NCBI GenBank assembly: GCA_963674595.2 | Contig: CAXXFV010000003.1 | Span: 128,001-192,000, forward strand | Length of the DNA: 64,000 nucleotides | Reading direction: 5' to 3' | Origin: a bacterium | GTDB taxonomy: Bacteria > Zhuqueibacterota > Zhuqueibacteria > Residuimicrobiales > Krinioviventaceae | Shown here: positions 47,519-59,900 of the stretch, in pieces | Layout of the letters: every line of letters begins with the position of its first letter | How positions within the stretch are numbered: the first letter of the stretch is position 1 | Program-made: the position numbers and the translations under genes | Notes under the pieces: model-generated | The model's input: only the letters and a program-made list of their open reading frames with translations | What the model was told of the DNA's origin: nothing | Databases searched by the model: none

Positions 47519-50500
47519 ATGAATATACGTTTTTATAAATTGATATGGGTCCTCCTGGTAACTATTGCCGGTTTATCATCATGTTCAACACCCGTACCCA
47601 AACGGCCGGTGGATTATGTTCGCCCCGAAATTGATACGGTGAAGCCCAGATGGATCTATTTTTCGTCGGCCTGCCTGCCCTTTGGCATGGTCAACCTGAG
47701 CCCGGATACCTGGACAAAAGGCACCTGGAATGCCGGGTATGTTTATGACAGCTTGTATGTGCGCTGTTTTAGTCATGTTCACGCCTGGCAGATGTCGGGA
47801 ATTGCGGTTATGCCGACAACAGGAGAATTTAAAGGCCACCTTGGTATGGAGACCTATAAATCTGCCTTTTCTCATGACGATGAAATCATCAAAGCAGGAT
47901 ACCATAAAATCGTTTTAAAGGATTACAACATTACAGCCGAACTAACGGCTACTACCCGTGTCGGGCTTCACCGATACACCTTCCCAAACCAGGAAGGATA
48001 TATTCTGTTTGATACGGGCGCCTATCTTGGACCCGGCGAAACGGTGATGTCCTCTGTAACTCAAGTAAGCGATACCGAAATTGAAGGCTATGCTCTGGTT
48101 GCTAAAACCCGCCGCCGCTCCAAAGATACATTTGTTTATTTTGTAGCCCGTGTTAACCAACCCTTTGAAAATTTTGGTGCCTGGGAAAACGGCGAATTAC
48201 TGCCGAATGACACAAAAAAAGTTCAGGGCAAAGATGCCGGTGCTTTTATGAAATTCACCACAATTGATACCCAGACAATTTTACTCAAAGTCGCTATATC
48301 TTATACATCCATAGAAGGTGCACGGCGCAATATGGATACCGAATTACCACACTGGAACTTTGAACAGGTAAAAGAAAATGCTCTTAATGAATGGAACAAC
48401 TGGCTGGGCCGTGTCAGAGTTCAAGGCGGTACAGAAGCACAAAAAATTAAATTATATACCGATCTATGGCATTTATTATTAGGGCGACGAATTGTCAGTG
48501 ATGTTGACGGAAAATATTGCGACATGACCGGTGACACACCGGTTATCCGGCAAATTCCATTGGATGCGGATAACAAGCCTTTATACAATCATCACTGTTT
48601 TGATGCTTTATGGGGCACTCACTGGACGGCTAATATCATCTGGACGATGTTGTATCCGGAAGTGGTGGATGCGCTCTGTAATACCATGGTTGATATATAT
48701 AAAAACGGAGGCCTCATTCCCCGTGGACCTACTGTCGGCAACTATAGCTATGTCATGATCGGCGACCCGGCCGTCTCTTTGTTTGCCGCAGCTTATAATA
48801 AGGGAATACGTAACTGGGACATTGAAACTGCCTATGAAGGACTGAGGAAAAACGCATTTCCGGGTGGTATTCGAGATCGTGCCGGTTATGAATTTGAAAA
48901 ACATGCTACCGGTGGCGGCATGAAACAATATGCGGAAAGAGGATATGTACCGGAAGACTTGCCGGGACATGGTTTTCATAAAGACGGTGCAGCCATGACG
49001 CTTGAATATGCCTATCAGGACTGGTGCCTGGCACAATTAGCAAAACCATTGGGTAAAAAAGATGATTATGAATTTTTCATAAAACGTTCAGAAAATTATA
49101 AAAATATATGGGACCCGTCCATTAAATACATGCGCCCCCGAAATCAGGATGGTTCCTGGTTAAAAGATTTTGAACCTGTTGGCGAAGGATATAACACAAA
49201 AGGCTTTTGTGAATGTAATTCGGCCATTTATACCAATTATGTTCCTCATGATATGAAAGGGCTTATCACCCTTTTTGGTGGACAGGAATCTTATAATAAT
49301 TTCCTGAACAGCAGTTTTGAAAAGGCAGAATCGCATAACTTTGTTGCCGAAAACTATAGACGCAGCCTCAGTTGGGTAAATTATGAAAACCAGCCCGGCA
49401 CAGAGATGGCGCATTTGTTTAACTATAGCCGCGCTCCCTGGCTGACTCAAAAATGGGTGCGTTTGGTTAAAGAAAAAGCATTCGGTGATATAACTCCCTA
49501 CGGCGGTTATAACGGCGATGAAGACCAGGGACAAATGGGTGCACTTGGCGCGCTTATGGCAATCGGTCTGTTTGAAGTACGGGGCGGCTGTGCTGTTGAT
49601 CCCATATATGAAATAACCAGTCCCATATTTGATAAAATAGAACTGGACCTGAACCCTAATTATTATCCCGGTAAAAAATTTACCATTATTACCAAAAATA
49701 ACTGCGCTGAAAATATGTATATACAATCTGCCTATCTTAACGGTCAACCCCTGAACAAATGCTGGTTTGAGCATTCTGTTTATGCAAATGGCGGCACCCT
49801 GGAATTGCACCTGGGACCAGAGCCAAATAAAAACTGGGGCAGTGATCCAAACGAAATGCCGCCATCTATGTCAGACAATGGTTATCGAGACGGGCGTCCG
49901 GAAGCAGCGTCAAGAATGGAAGCCCGGGACCAGGGTATTGTTTTGTTGCACGGCGATGGCCCTGATAGCTGTGATATTTATGGCGCCCGTGATATATGGG
50001 TATTTGAGGATAATGGAACATATTATATGCATTACGATGCAGCCGGGCCCAGGGGCTGGCTATGCGCTTTAGCCACAAGTAAAGATTTACTCCATTGGGA
50101 TAAAAAAGGTCCGGTTCTGGAGCTGGGTAATTCCAAGGCGGAAGACTCTAAAAGCGCCAGTTATGGTACAACTTTTTTTGATGGTAAAGACTGGCACATG
50201 TTTTATCTTGGAACCCCAAACACGACCAAACCACCAGCCCGAATTCCTGCTTTTCCCTATTTAACAATGAAGGCAAAGAGTTCGTCACCCGGCGGTCCCT
50301 GGATAAAGCAATACGATGTTATTCCGTTCCGACCTCAGCCCAATACATATTATTCAGTAACGGCCAGTCCGGGCCAGATTATAAAAAATAATGGTGAATA
50401 TCTGCAATTTTTCAGTGCGTCAATCAACAACAATAAAATAAAACGTACTTTGGGAATAGCGCGTACAAAGGATTTGGATGGTCAATGGCAGATCGATCCT

Positions 50501-50845
50501 GAACCTATTGTCCCTCTGGAAGAGCAGATCGAAAATTCATCTCTTTATTACGAAGAATCGACCAAAACCTGGTTTTTATTTACCAATCATATTGGTATTG
50601 AGGAGCATGAATATACAGATGCGATTTGGGTATATTGGAGCAAAGATTTAAACAAATGGGATACAAAAAACAAGGCCGTCGTGTTGGATAATAAAAATTG
50701 CACCTGGTCGAAACGCGTTATTGGTTTGCCGTCCGTAATACGGGTTGGTAACAAATTGGCAATATTTTATGATGGATTGCAGGAAAAAGGCACCGGGCAT
50801 ATGCACAGGGATGTTGGACTTGCCTGGCTGGATTTACCCCTGTAA
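47519..50845 (+). CDS. GH92 alpha-mannosidase lipoprotein fused to a C-terminal five-bladed propeller glycosidase-like domain
   Basis: PFGMVNLSPDT, TLEYAYQDW, ECNS, GDEDQGQM; after about aa 790 YYMHYD, LATSKDLLHW, MFYLG, IENSS. Confidence 0.85.
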   Translation: MNIRFYKLIWVLLVTIAGLSSCSTPVPKRPVDYVRPEIDTVKPRWIYFSSACLPFGMVNLSPDTWTKGTWNAGYVYDSLYVRCFSHVHAWQMSGIAVMPTTGEFKGHLGMETYKSAFSHDDEIIKAGYHKIVLKDYNITAELTATTRVGLHRYTFPNQEGYILFDTGAYLGPGETVMSSVTQVSDTEIEGYALVAKTRRRSKDTFVYFVARVNQPFENFGAWENGELLPNDTKKVQGKDAGAFMKFTTIDTQTILLKVAISYTSIEGARRNMDTELPHWNFEQVKENALNEWNNWLGRVRVQGGTEAQKIKLYTDLWHLLLGRRIVSDVDGKYCDMTGDTPVIRQIPLDADNKPLYNHHCFDALWGTHWTANIIWTMLYPEVVDALCNTMVDIYKNGGLIPRGPTVGNYSYVMIGDPAVSLFAAAYNKGIRNWDIETAYEGLRKNAFPGGIRDRAGYEFEKHATGGGMKQYAERGYVPEDLPGHGFHKDGAAMTLEYAYQDWCLAQLAKPLGKKDDYEFFIKRSENYKNIWDPSIKYMRPRNQDGSWLKDFEPVGEGYNTKGFCECNSAIYTNYVPHDMKGLITLFGGQESYNNFLNSSFEKAESHNFVAENYRRSLSWVNYENQPGTEMAHLFNYSRAPWLTQKWVRLVKEKAFGDITPYGGYNGDEDQGQMGALGALMAIGLFEVRGGCAVDPIYEITSPIFDKIELDLNPNYYPGKKFTIITKNNCAENMYIQSAYLNGQPLNKCWFEHSVYANGGTLELHLGPEPNKNWGSDPNEMPPSMSDNGYRDGRPEAASRMEARDQGIVLLHGDGPDSCDIYGARDIWVFEDNGTYYMHYDAAGPRGWLCALATSKDLLHWDKKGPVLELGNSKAEDSKSASYGTTFFDGKDWHMFYLGTPNTTKPPARIPAFPYLTMKAKSSSPGGPWIKQYDVIPFRPQPNTYYSVTASPGQIIKNNGEYLQFFSASINNNKIKRTLGIARTKDLDGQWQIDPEPIVPLEEQIENSSLYYEESTKTWFLFTNHIGIEEHEYTDAIWVYWSKDLNKWDTKNKAVVLDNKNCTWSKRVIGLPSVIRVGNKLAIFYDGLQEKGTGHMHRDVGLAWLDLPL

Positions 50846-51002
50846 GAGCCGGTGTTATTGGTCATGTAAAAATTGAATATGCAAATGGCCGCACTTGAGC
50901 GTTACACAAGAGGCCTGAACCGGAAAAAAACCGGGACAGTGCCCAGAAATAAAAAACAGCAGATTTAATGAAAACAAGATACTGAAAGAAGGAAAAATAT
51001 AA

Positions 51003-51926
51003 ATGCCAAGTTTAAAAAGTAAATTTTTTAATTTTATGATGCGAAACAGACACCTGTTCAAAGGAAAATTTAAAAAACCAGTCTTTACTTTAAACACATC
51101 CATTGAGGACTTTAGAGACCTGTGCGAAAAAAGTGCCGGCAAATATGCTAAAATTCCGGAGGGTGTTGAGATAAAAGAAGAAAATATTAAGGGTATCCAT
51201 TCGGAATGGATAATTCCTGAAAATGCAAATCGTGAAAAGATGATCCTTTATGTTCATGGCGGCGGCTATATATCCGGTTCCTGTAACGACCACAGAGGAT
51301 TTGTTTCCAAATTTGCAAAAAAATGCGGTCTTTTAACATTGCAGTTTGAATACAGATTGGCGCCGGAACATCCATATCCGGACGGCCTGAATGATTCTAT
51401 GGCCGTCTATAAATGGCTTTTGGAAAACGATTTCAAACCAAAAAATATCATTATTGCCGGCGAATCTGCCGGAGGCGGTTTGACACTGGCATTGCTTTTA
51501 GCCCTTAAAAAATATAATATTCCAATGCCGGCGGCTGCTGTTGCCATTTCACCATGGACGGATTTGACCTGCTCAAGTGATTCATATAAAACAAAAAATA
51601 AAGTATCTGTAGCACCAATTGATTCCTGGCAAGTATTTAGCAAACATTATGTCGGAAATAATCCTGCCGATTTACCCCTGATCTCTCCCCTGTTTGGTGA
51701 CCTGCAAGGCCTGCCTCCTGTTTTTATTAATTCAGGAGAAGACGATGAGTTATTTGAAGACGGAGAAAAATTCTATCAAAAGGCCCGAAAAGCGGGTGTT
51801 GATATAACATTCAGGGCCGGAAAAGGCATGGTCCATTGTTATCCGTTGCTGGACCCTTTCTTTAAAGAAGCAACAGAAGCAATGCAGGAAATTTGCGACT
51901 TTATCAAAGAGCGTATTGAAAATTAA
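51003..51926 (+). CDS. Alpha/beta hydrolase, HSL family esterase
   Basis: HGGG, YRLAPEH, GESAGG, SPWTD. Confidence 0.92.
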   Translation: MPSLKSKFFNFMMRNRHLFKGKFKKPVFTLNTSIEDFRDLCEKSAGKYAKIPEGVEIKEENIKGIHSEWIIPENANREKMILYVHGGGYISGSCNDHRGFVSKFAKKCGLLTLQFEYRLAPEHPYPDGLNDSMAVYKWLLENDFKPKNIIIAGESAGGGLTLALLLALKKYNIPMPAAAVAISPWTDLTCSSDSYKTKNKVSVAPIDSWQVFSKHYVGNNPADLPLISPLFGDLQGLPPVFINSGEDDELFEDGEKFYQKARKAGVDITFRAGKGMVHCYPLLDPFFKEATEAMQEICDFIKERIEN

Positions 51927-52017
51927 GTTTGTAATTTCCAACGATTGACCGTCCCTGAAATTCATTGAATTTAAATGATATATTAAAAATAGATAATAAA
52001 TATTTCAATGAAAGGTC

Positions 52018-53498
52018 ATGGTTAATATGCAAAACTATACACGAAGGTCATTTCTCAAATCTGTTGGTGCAGGATTGGCCGCAACGACTATAGGATTGTC
52101 ATCCTGTGCAAAAAGTAAAGAGCGGCCAAACGTCATTCTCATTATTGGTGACGACATAAGCTGGAACGATTTAGGGTGTTATGGTCACCCCAGTATCCGC
52201 ACACCCAATATCGACAAATTGGCGGCAAATGGTATTCGCTTTACAAATACGTTTTTAACCGCCAGTTCCTGCAGTCCCAGCCGCTGCAGTATCATAACCG
52301 GACGTTATCCGCACAATACCGGCGCGGCCGAACTTCATACACCTTTACCGGCAGACCAACTGCCGTTTCCCTTGTTGTTAAAAGAGAACGGATACTATTG
52401 TGCCCAGGGCGGCAAATGGCACATGGGAGAAGAAACAAAACGCGCTTTTGATATTGTTCGTGATACCAAACCGGAAAATGACCCCGGACGCGAAAGCGAG
52501 TGGCTGCCCTTATTACAAGGCCGCCCCAAGGACAAACCATTTTTTATGTGGTTTGCCAGTTTTGATGCCCATAGAACATGGGACGACCAGATTTTCCTGG
52601 AACGCCATAATCCGGCAGACGTGCCGGTACCAAAATATCTGGCAGATGCGCCCGATACCCGTCAGGACCTTTCCCATTATTATGATGAAATTGCGAGACT
52701 TGATTTTTACGTCGGTAAAGTTGAGGAAGAACTGGAAAAACAGGGTGTTGCAGATAATACCATTATTATTTTTATGGCAGACAACGGACGGCCCTTTCCC
52801 CGGTGTAAAACACGCGTATATGACAGCGGCATGAAAACACCGTTTATTATTAAATGGCCAAAAGGTATAAAAAACAAGGTGCTGCATGCCAAAGCATGAT
52901 CAGTTCCATTGATATTGCCCCAACCGTTCTTGAATTATGCGGCTGTCCTGTTGAGGATTCCTTCCAGGGTGGTAATTTTTCATCATTGTTTAAAAATCCT
53001 GAAAAACCATTTCGTCATTATGTATTTTCAGAACATAACTGGCACAATCATGAGGCCCTGGAACGAATGGTCAGGTCAAAAGATTATCTTTACGTTCTTA
53101 ATGAGCGCCCCCAGTTTCCCAACTGTGGTCCCACAGACTCTAATCGCAGTGATTCACAAAAGGACTTGAACGCACTTTTGGCTGCGGGTAATCTGACACC
53201 GGAACAAAACGATGTATTTTTAGCACCGCGCCCGGCTGAAGAATTGTTTGATTTAAATAAAGATCCCGAGCAATTTCAAAATATTGCTGATGATCCGAAT
53301 TATGCAGACGCCCTGAAGGAAATGCGTCAAATTATGGAACGCTGGCGCGATGAAACAGCCGACACAACACCCGAAAATCTGACATACGACTGGAATGCCC
53401 GTTTTACGGCGGAAAAACTGGATATTGAGCGAAAACGTGGTGAAATGCCGGGTGCGGCAAAATCAGCGGATAAAGTTAATGCCAAAGGTCCGTTTTAA
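52018..53498 (+). pseudogene. Tat-exported sulfatase split by a 1-nt deletion near 52870 (pseudogene or sequencing error)
   Basis: TRRSFLK, IGDD, CSPSR, GKWH, DNG in frame 1; SIDIAPT...ELFDL..DP in frame 2; junction lies in an A run. Confidence 0.8.
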
Positions 53499-53533
53499 AA
53501 GCACTAAATATTTAAATAATTTTTGATACTATC

Positions 53534-53562
53534 GGTAGGGCCATGTTTTTAACGGCCCTACC
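53534..53562. repeat. REP-like hairpin
   Basis: ggtagggcc-N11-ggccctacc. Confidence 0.5.
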
Positions 53563-53715
53563 CATACCAGCCTCCCTTATCTTACTCTTATTCTCCATTA
53601 ATAAAGACACACGCTTCAATTAATCCTCATACAAGTTCAAACGACTATTGAATAAAACCGTCTTTTTAACCATTCAAAAAAAAAGCTTTGATTGCTTTAT
53701 TAAAAAAAATCACTT

Positions 53716-53769
53716 GCAAAATTCAAACAAAATTTTAAATTTTGTTTGAAACATTGTTTGAATTTTTGC
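53716..53769. promoter_or_regulatory. Palindromic TetR operator region
   Basis: Perfect 14-bp IR ttcaaacaaaattt-t-aaattttgtttgaa plus overlapping GAAAC-att-GTTTG. Confidence 0.65.
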
Positions 53770-53810
53770 GTACAAGTAATGTAAACACCATTATGATGGA
53801 GAAAAATACA

Positions 53811-54434
53811 ATGGATAATACAAAAACAAAAATACTGGAAGCAACGGAACGATTAATCGAAGAACATGGCTGGGACAAAGTCACCTTTCGAATGATCACA
53901 GCCGAAGCGGGCGTCAATCTCGCCGCCATCAACTATCATTTCGGATCTCGGGATGCACTCGAAGATGCATTGTTACCTCGCATTATCGGTCCATTGGATG
54001 AAAAAAGACTGGCACGCTTAAATGATGCTCAGGAAAAAGCAGCCCCCAATATTTTAGAACTTGCAGATATTATTCGTTGTTTTCTGGAACCTTTATTGGA
54101 ATATAGTTTAGAGTATCCCAATCATCACCGGATGGTGCTGGGTTTCTTTAACGGAATTAAAAATAAGAGCAAAATTAAAGAACATTTTAAAGGCAGTATT
54201 GATCAGGTTAATAAAAAATATATTGATGCACTCACAAAGACATTGCCGGGGATTTCGAAAGAAAAAATTTCCATCCAATATGTTTTATTGTTCGAATCAT
54301 CCCATATCATGTTGAACAGTGAAGCCTTTATCGGAATCACAGAATCGCTTGGGCTTTACATAACAAAAGAAAAATTCATGGAAGAAATGATCCGATTTTT
54401 TGTCACCGGATTTGGCATACTGACAAAAGAGTGA
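53811..54434 (+). CDS. TetR family regulator (PsrA-like)
   Basis: TKTKILEATERL...ITAEAGVNLAAINYHFGS; GGAG before ATG 53811. Confidence 0.9.
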   Translation: MDNTKTKILEATERLIEEHGWDKVTFRMITAEAGVNLAAINYHFGSRDALEDALLPRIIGPLDEKRLARLNDAQEKAAPNILELADIIRCFLEPLLEYSLEYPNHHRMVLGFFNGIKNKSKIKEHFKGSIDQVNKKYIDALTKTLPGISKEKISIQYVLLFESSHIMLNSEAFIGITESLGLYITKEKFMEEMIRFFVTGFGILTKE

Positions 54435-54488
54435 CAATATCGGTTTTAATGCTCATTTTATATATAGATAGTACAAAGGAGTTATCAG

Positions 54489-55832
54489 ATGATAAAAAGA
54501 TTAACACCATTCCGGTTAATATTAATAATAATCATATCATTATCTCAAACAACAGTCGCACAAAATCGTGTGATAAAACTTGGTTGGGAAGACATTGTTC
54601 AAAAAAGTTTGAATGACAACCTTGGATTAAAAACAACAGCGCTGGATTACAAATCACAAAAACTGACCAAATGGCAGGCAGTCAGCGACTTTTTACCGAC
54701 TGTAAGTTATAACGGTACCGGGACACAAAATCTGGAACTGGCTACAATGGCAATTATGGGACAAAAGATTCAAATAGGTACAGAGTACAATTTCCAGCAC
54801 TCTCTGCAATTAACATATCCTGTTTTTACCGGATTTTCCCGTATTGCCAACTTGAAAATGCAAAATAGTCTGGAAAAATCACTAAAAGCCGAGTTGGAAG
54901 GTAAAGAAGATGAAACCATATTGACCGCACTACAGGCTTATTTCCAAATCATGTTATCCAGTAAACTGATAGACGTGAATGAAGAAGCAGTCAAAGCAGC
55001 GCAGGCAAACCTGAAACAGGTACAGAATTTTTATCAGGTTGGGGCGGCATCGGAGCTCGATTTAAAACGGGCAGAGGCACAATATTCCTCCACCCTGCCA
55101 TCATTGGAATCAGCAAAAAATCAATTGATCTCATCGAAAAATCAGATGAAATATATTTTAAATCTATCATTAAATGATTCGCTGGTTGTATTGGATTCAC
55201 TGGAATCAAAACAGTTTATAGGAAGTTATGCAAATGCACCTCTGGTTCAGCTTAAAGCATTGGCTGTTGCAAATCGACCGGAGTTAAAACAGGTAAACTA
55301 TCAGGTCGATGCGATTAAAAACCAAAAAACAATGGCGTTGTCAAGCTCGCTCCCGACAATTTCCTTTACAGCCGATATATCACATAATGCAATGACAGAA
55401 ACGTCCAAAGTATTAAGAGATGATTACAACCGTTCAAAATCCATTAATCTAAATGTTCAATGGCCTTTGTTTCAGGGAGGTAAAACAGCGCTGGAATATC
55501 AAAAAGCAAAAGTCCAGGTTAAACAAATGGAATACGTAAAACAACAAACAAACGACCAGATTTTAATACAAGTAGAACAATATTACTATTCATTAAAGGA
55601 ATCAATTAAAAATCTAAGCAGCTTAAAAGCCTCACTGGATCAGGCTAAAGAAGCGTTGCGTCTTTCTAGCCTGATGTATAAAGAAGGTATGAGCACTCAG
55701 GTGGATATACTGGATACACAATTACAATACACACAAAGCAATATTAATTTTCAACAAGGCATATATGACTATAATACAAGTCAACTCAATTTATTAAAAT
55801 CGATCGGAAAAATTAACACCATAATAAATTAG
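54489..55832 (+). CDS. TolC family outer-membrane efflux protein
   Basis: Signal peptide; two OEP repeats (YPVFTG, WPLFQGG, YKEGMSTQVDIL). Confidence 0.9.
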   Translation: MIKRLTPFRLILIIIISLSQTTVAQNRVIKLGWEDIVQKSLNDNLGLKTTALDYKSQKLTKWQAVSDFLPTVSYNGTGTQNLELATMAIMGQKIQIGTEYNFQHSLQLTYPVFTGFSRIANLKMQNSLEKSLKAELEGKEDETILTALQAYFQIMLSSKLIDVNEEAVKAAQANLKQVQNFYQVGAASELDLKRAEAQYSSTLPSLESAKNQLISSKNQMKYILNLSLNDSLVVLDSLESKQFIGSYANAPLVQLKALAVANRPELKQVNYQVDAIKNQKTMALSSSLPTISFTADISHNAMTETSKVLRDDYNRSKSINLNVQWPLFQGGKTALEYQKAKVQVKQMEYVKQQTNDQILIQVEQYYYSLKESIKNLSSLKASLDQAKEALRLSSLMYKEGMSTQVDILDTQLQYTQSNINFQQGIYDYNTSQLNLLKSIGKINTIIN

Positions 55833-55848
55833 GAAACAGGAGTCTCTA

Positions 55849-56950
55849 ATGAAAAAATTAGTTCTGATTATGATGTCACTTTCGTTACTTGCCGGATGCA
55901 AACCACCGCAAAAAGGATCAACAGACACATCTGTGCCGGTAACTGTCTTATAATATTAAACCTGAAAATATTTCAACCTATATTAAATTAACCGGCGGTA
56001 TAGAGGCGGAAGAAGACGCCATCGTATACAGTAAAGTAAGCGAAAAACTGGATAATATTATGGTCAAGCTGGGTGAGACGGTACAAACGGATCAAATTCT
56101 GGCTTTACAATATAATAAAAGTTTAAAAGAAAGTGTTAACCAGGCAACAGCATCACTTTCGAACGCTCAGTCACAATATGATATGACAAAAACAGATTTT
56201 GAAAGAATGGAACGTTTGAATAAAAACAAAGCGATCAGCCAGCAGCAATTTGATCAATCAAAAGCACAATTTAAAGCGGCAAAGTCCACCCTGGACCAGG
56301 CCAAAGCGACTTTAAAATTAATGCAGGAACAATATGAAAACAGTTTAATCAAAGCGCCCTTTAGCGGCAAAGTAGCGATTATTTATTATGATAAAGATCA
56401 AATGGTTCAGTCAGGACAGCCAGTTTTTAAAATTGTAAACGCCAAAAATATTAAAGCCAAACTCGCTCTCCCTGAAGTAGATATTTCTCGCGTTGCTGTT
56501 GGACAACGTGTTTTTGTGACATTCCCTGCCCTGGCAGACACCCAATTTACAGGAGTTGTTTATCGTGTCGATGAAGCGATTGACCCTGATACACGCACCC
56601 TGGAAATTAAAGTGCGAATGGACAATCCAAACGGTATGCTGAAATCCGGTCAATTCGGACAATTTATGATCGAAATCCAGCGTCACGAACAGACTCTGGT
56701 TATAACGGACAATGCCGTGATGACCCAAACAGAAGTTGAAGTAACAGATGAAGGTGAACAAAAAGAAATAAAACGGTATTATATCTATCTCGTAAAAAAC
56801 GGCAAAGCTGAAAAACAATTTGTAAAGCCGGGACTGTATTCCAAGGGAAGAATGGAATTGATTGAAGGAACAAGTGCCGGGGACAGCCTGATCGTCATGG
56901 GACAGAACATTGTCAAGGATGGAAATCCTGTTCGCGTTGTCAACAAGTAG
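55849..56950 (+). pseudogene. RND periplasmic adaptor (MFP) with a +1 frameshift near 55948
   Basis: ATG 55849 gives MKKLVLIMMSLSLLAGC...VPVTV then TAA. Removing one T joins it to the 56060 ORF (IKAPFSG, IDPDTRT, LKSGQF). Confidence 0.8.
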
Positions 56951-56961
56951 GAGTAAATAAT

Positions 56962-59900
56962 ATGAAATTGACCAAATTTTCAATAAAAAGAAACGTAACA
57001 TTAATGATGGTTTACTTGATCGTCATTGGTTTCGGCATTTTTTCTCTAACCCAGCTCAAGGTTGAATTTACACCCGACCTCGAATTCCCGATGATTATGG
57101 TATACACCAGTTACAGTGGTGTCAGCCCAGAAGATATGGAAAATTTAGTAACCCGCCCTATTGAAGAGGGTATATCCTCTACTGAAAATGCGGAAGATAT
57201 TACATCCCAGTCTTCGGAAGGGACATCTCTCGTAACTTTGGAATTTTCCTGGGGTACGGACATGGATCAGGCAGAAATTGACGTACGAAACAACCTGGAC
57301 CTGATTCGTGATAATTTGCCGGATGATGCCAGTGAACCTATGGTTATAGCATTAAATCCGTCAATGATGCCGGTTATGTATTTAACACTAAACTCCCCAA
57401 ATCTTGGGCCGGCAGAGTTACGCCGCCTGGCCGAAGACGATGTAGAGCCGTTACTGGAACGTGTTGAAGGCGTGGCATCCGTCAGTACATCCGGCGGATT
57501 AACCCGGCAAATTAATGTAAAGCTGGATCCTGTGCTATTAGCATCTTATAATTTATCACCTGAAGATGTTGCGACGGCCATCCAGACAAGTGCGGGATTA
57601 AGCCCGGCCGGAAATATAAAAACAAAGACGAAACAATACAATTTACGAGTCTACAGCGAATATCGATCCATAGATCAAATAGAAAATGTGGTTATAAAAC
57701 GCGTGGAAACCGGCCCGGTCCTCGTTAAAAACGTGGCACAGGTGGAAGACGGGTTTGAAGAATTAACAGCAGACGTGCGTATTAACAGCGGCCAGGGAGT
57801 AGCGATATTAGCAACTAAACAGTCTGATGCCAATACAGTGCAAACAGTAAAAAACATTTACAATATGTTGCCTAAAATTGAAAAATCGCTCCCGGCAGGC
57901 ACAGAATTTAACGTCATTTTTGATACCGCTGAATTCACACAACGATCGATCAATAATTTAAGCAACACAGCTCTTTTTTCATTACTTTTGGCAATTGCAG
58001 TCATCTATTTTTTCTTAAGAAACTGGCGCGGCAGCCTGATAATGGCCGTATCAATGCCGATTTCGATTATCTTTACATTTGGCGTACTAATGGTAGCGGA
58101 TTTGACATTGAACATTATCTCTATGGCGGGACTCGCACTGGCAATTGGTATGCTCGTTGATAATTCGATCGTTGTTTTGGAAAACATTTTTCGATATCGT
58201 GATGAGGGGACGGATGCCATCACATCGGCTGATAAAGGCGCATCAGAAGTCGGCATGGCGATTACAGCTTCAACGCTGACAACCATCGCCGTATTTTTGC
58301 CGGTGTTATTCGTTCCCGGCATCACAGGACAGCTTTTTAAAGATATGGTGCTTACGATAACGTTCAGTCTGGCCGTATCATTGCTAGTAGCACTCACCCT
58401 GGTCCCGATGATGTCATCGAAACTGCTTAAAATGAGAAAGCAAAAAGAAAGTCCCCAAAAAATGGACAAAATTTTTGACCAATTTTTTGATAAATTAACA
58501 AGTGGTTATCAAAAAGTACTTCATTGGTCACTTTATCACAAAAAAATAATTCTGGTAAGCGTGGTGGTTCTTTTTATACTCTCACTCTTTTTAATGCCGT
58601 TTATCGGCGGCGAATTTATGCCCAGTTCTGATGAATCATCCATCCAGTTAACAATTGAGGCAGCAGCAGGTATTCCCTTGACAACACTTCGTCAGACAAC
58701 AATTACTTGTGAAAATATCATAAATAATGAAATCCCGGAAATGCAAAGTGCACTCTTTCAATTCGGAAGTCAGGATTCCTGGAGTCCCGATGGTACGTCC
58801 GGCAGTACGATCAGTGCAACGATTAAACTTGTTCCAGTAGAAGAGCGTAAACGCTCACAATTCGAAATACAAAATGCACTTCGTATACGTCTGGATGATA
58901 TTCCGGGCATCACCTATAGCATGCAAAGTTCAGGCGGCGGCCCCATGGCTAGCGGTGAAAATGATATCGAAATAAAAATTATAGGACACGATCTGGATGT
59001 AGCACAATCCATTGCTGAAAAAATCAAAGCGAAAATGCAGACAATTCAGGGAATGGTTGACGTTCAAATTAATATGAAAGAAAAAACACCGCAACTTGCT
59101 GTCCATCTAAAACAAAACGTAATGAATGATTATGGTCTGAGCAGTATACAATTAGCAAGCATCGTCTCTACAGCTATGCAAGGTCGTACAGCCGCTCAAT
59201 ATCGTGAAGAAGGAGATGAATACGATATTTACGTACAACTGGACAAAAAATTCCGAAACGATCGCGAAGCCCTGGGTGACTTGATCATTCCGGTTAATAA
59301 CACCAGTTCTGTCCCGTTAAAACAATTAGGGACTATAGAAGAAACGCTGTCTCCGCAAACTATTTACCGTGAAAACCAGGAACGGTATGTCACAGTAGGT
59401 TGTAATTTATTCGGCAAGGACCTTACAAGTGCCACAGCCGAAGTTGAAAATATATTATCAGAAATCGCCATTCCTTCTGAATTTACTGTACTGTTAGGCG
59501 GCAATGCCGAAGACCAGCAGGAATCCTTCTTTTACCTGATGCTTGCCTTTATTATCGCCGTTCTGCTGGTTTATATGGTCATGGCTTCGCAGTTTGAGTC
59601 ACTCGTCGATCCTTTTATTATTATGTTTACCGTGCCATTATCAATTATCGGTGTATTGGGTTTTCTGTTTATAACCAACACCTCATTAAGCGTGATGGCG
59701 CTTGTAGGTGTCGTCATGCTGGTTGGAATTGCGGTAAACAACGGTATTGTACTAGTGGACTATATTAACCAGTTGCGGGAACGCGGGAAATCCCTGTATG
59801 AAGCGGCTGAAAGTGGTGGCGTCACCCGAATGCGTCCGGTATTAATGACAGCGCTTACAACAATTTTTGGTATGCTGCCATTGGCACTACAATTTGGTTC

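Noticed and set aside
49160-49810. 216-aa antisense ORF, and similar long antisense ORFs at 56411-57001 and 58005-58469
   Set aside because: Fully nested opposite well-supported genes, with no motifs
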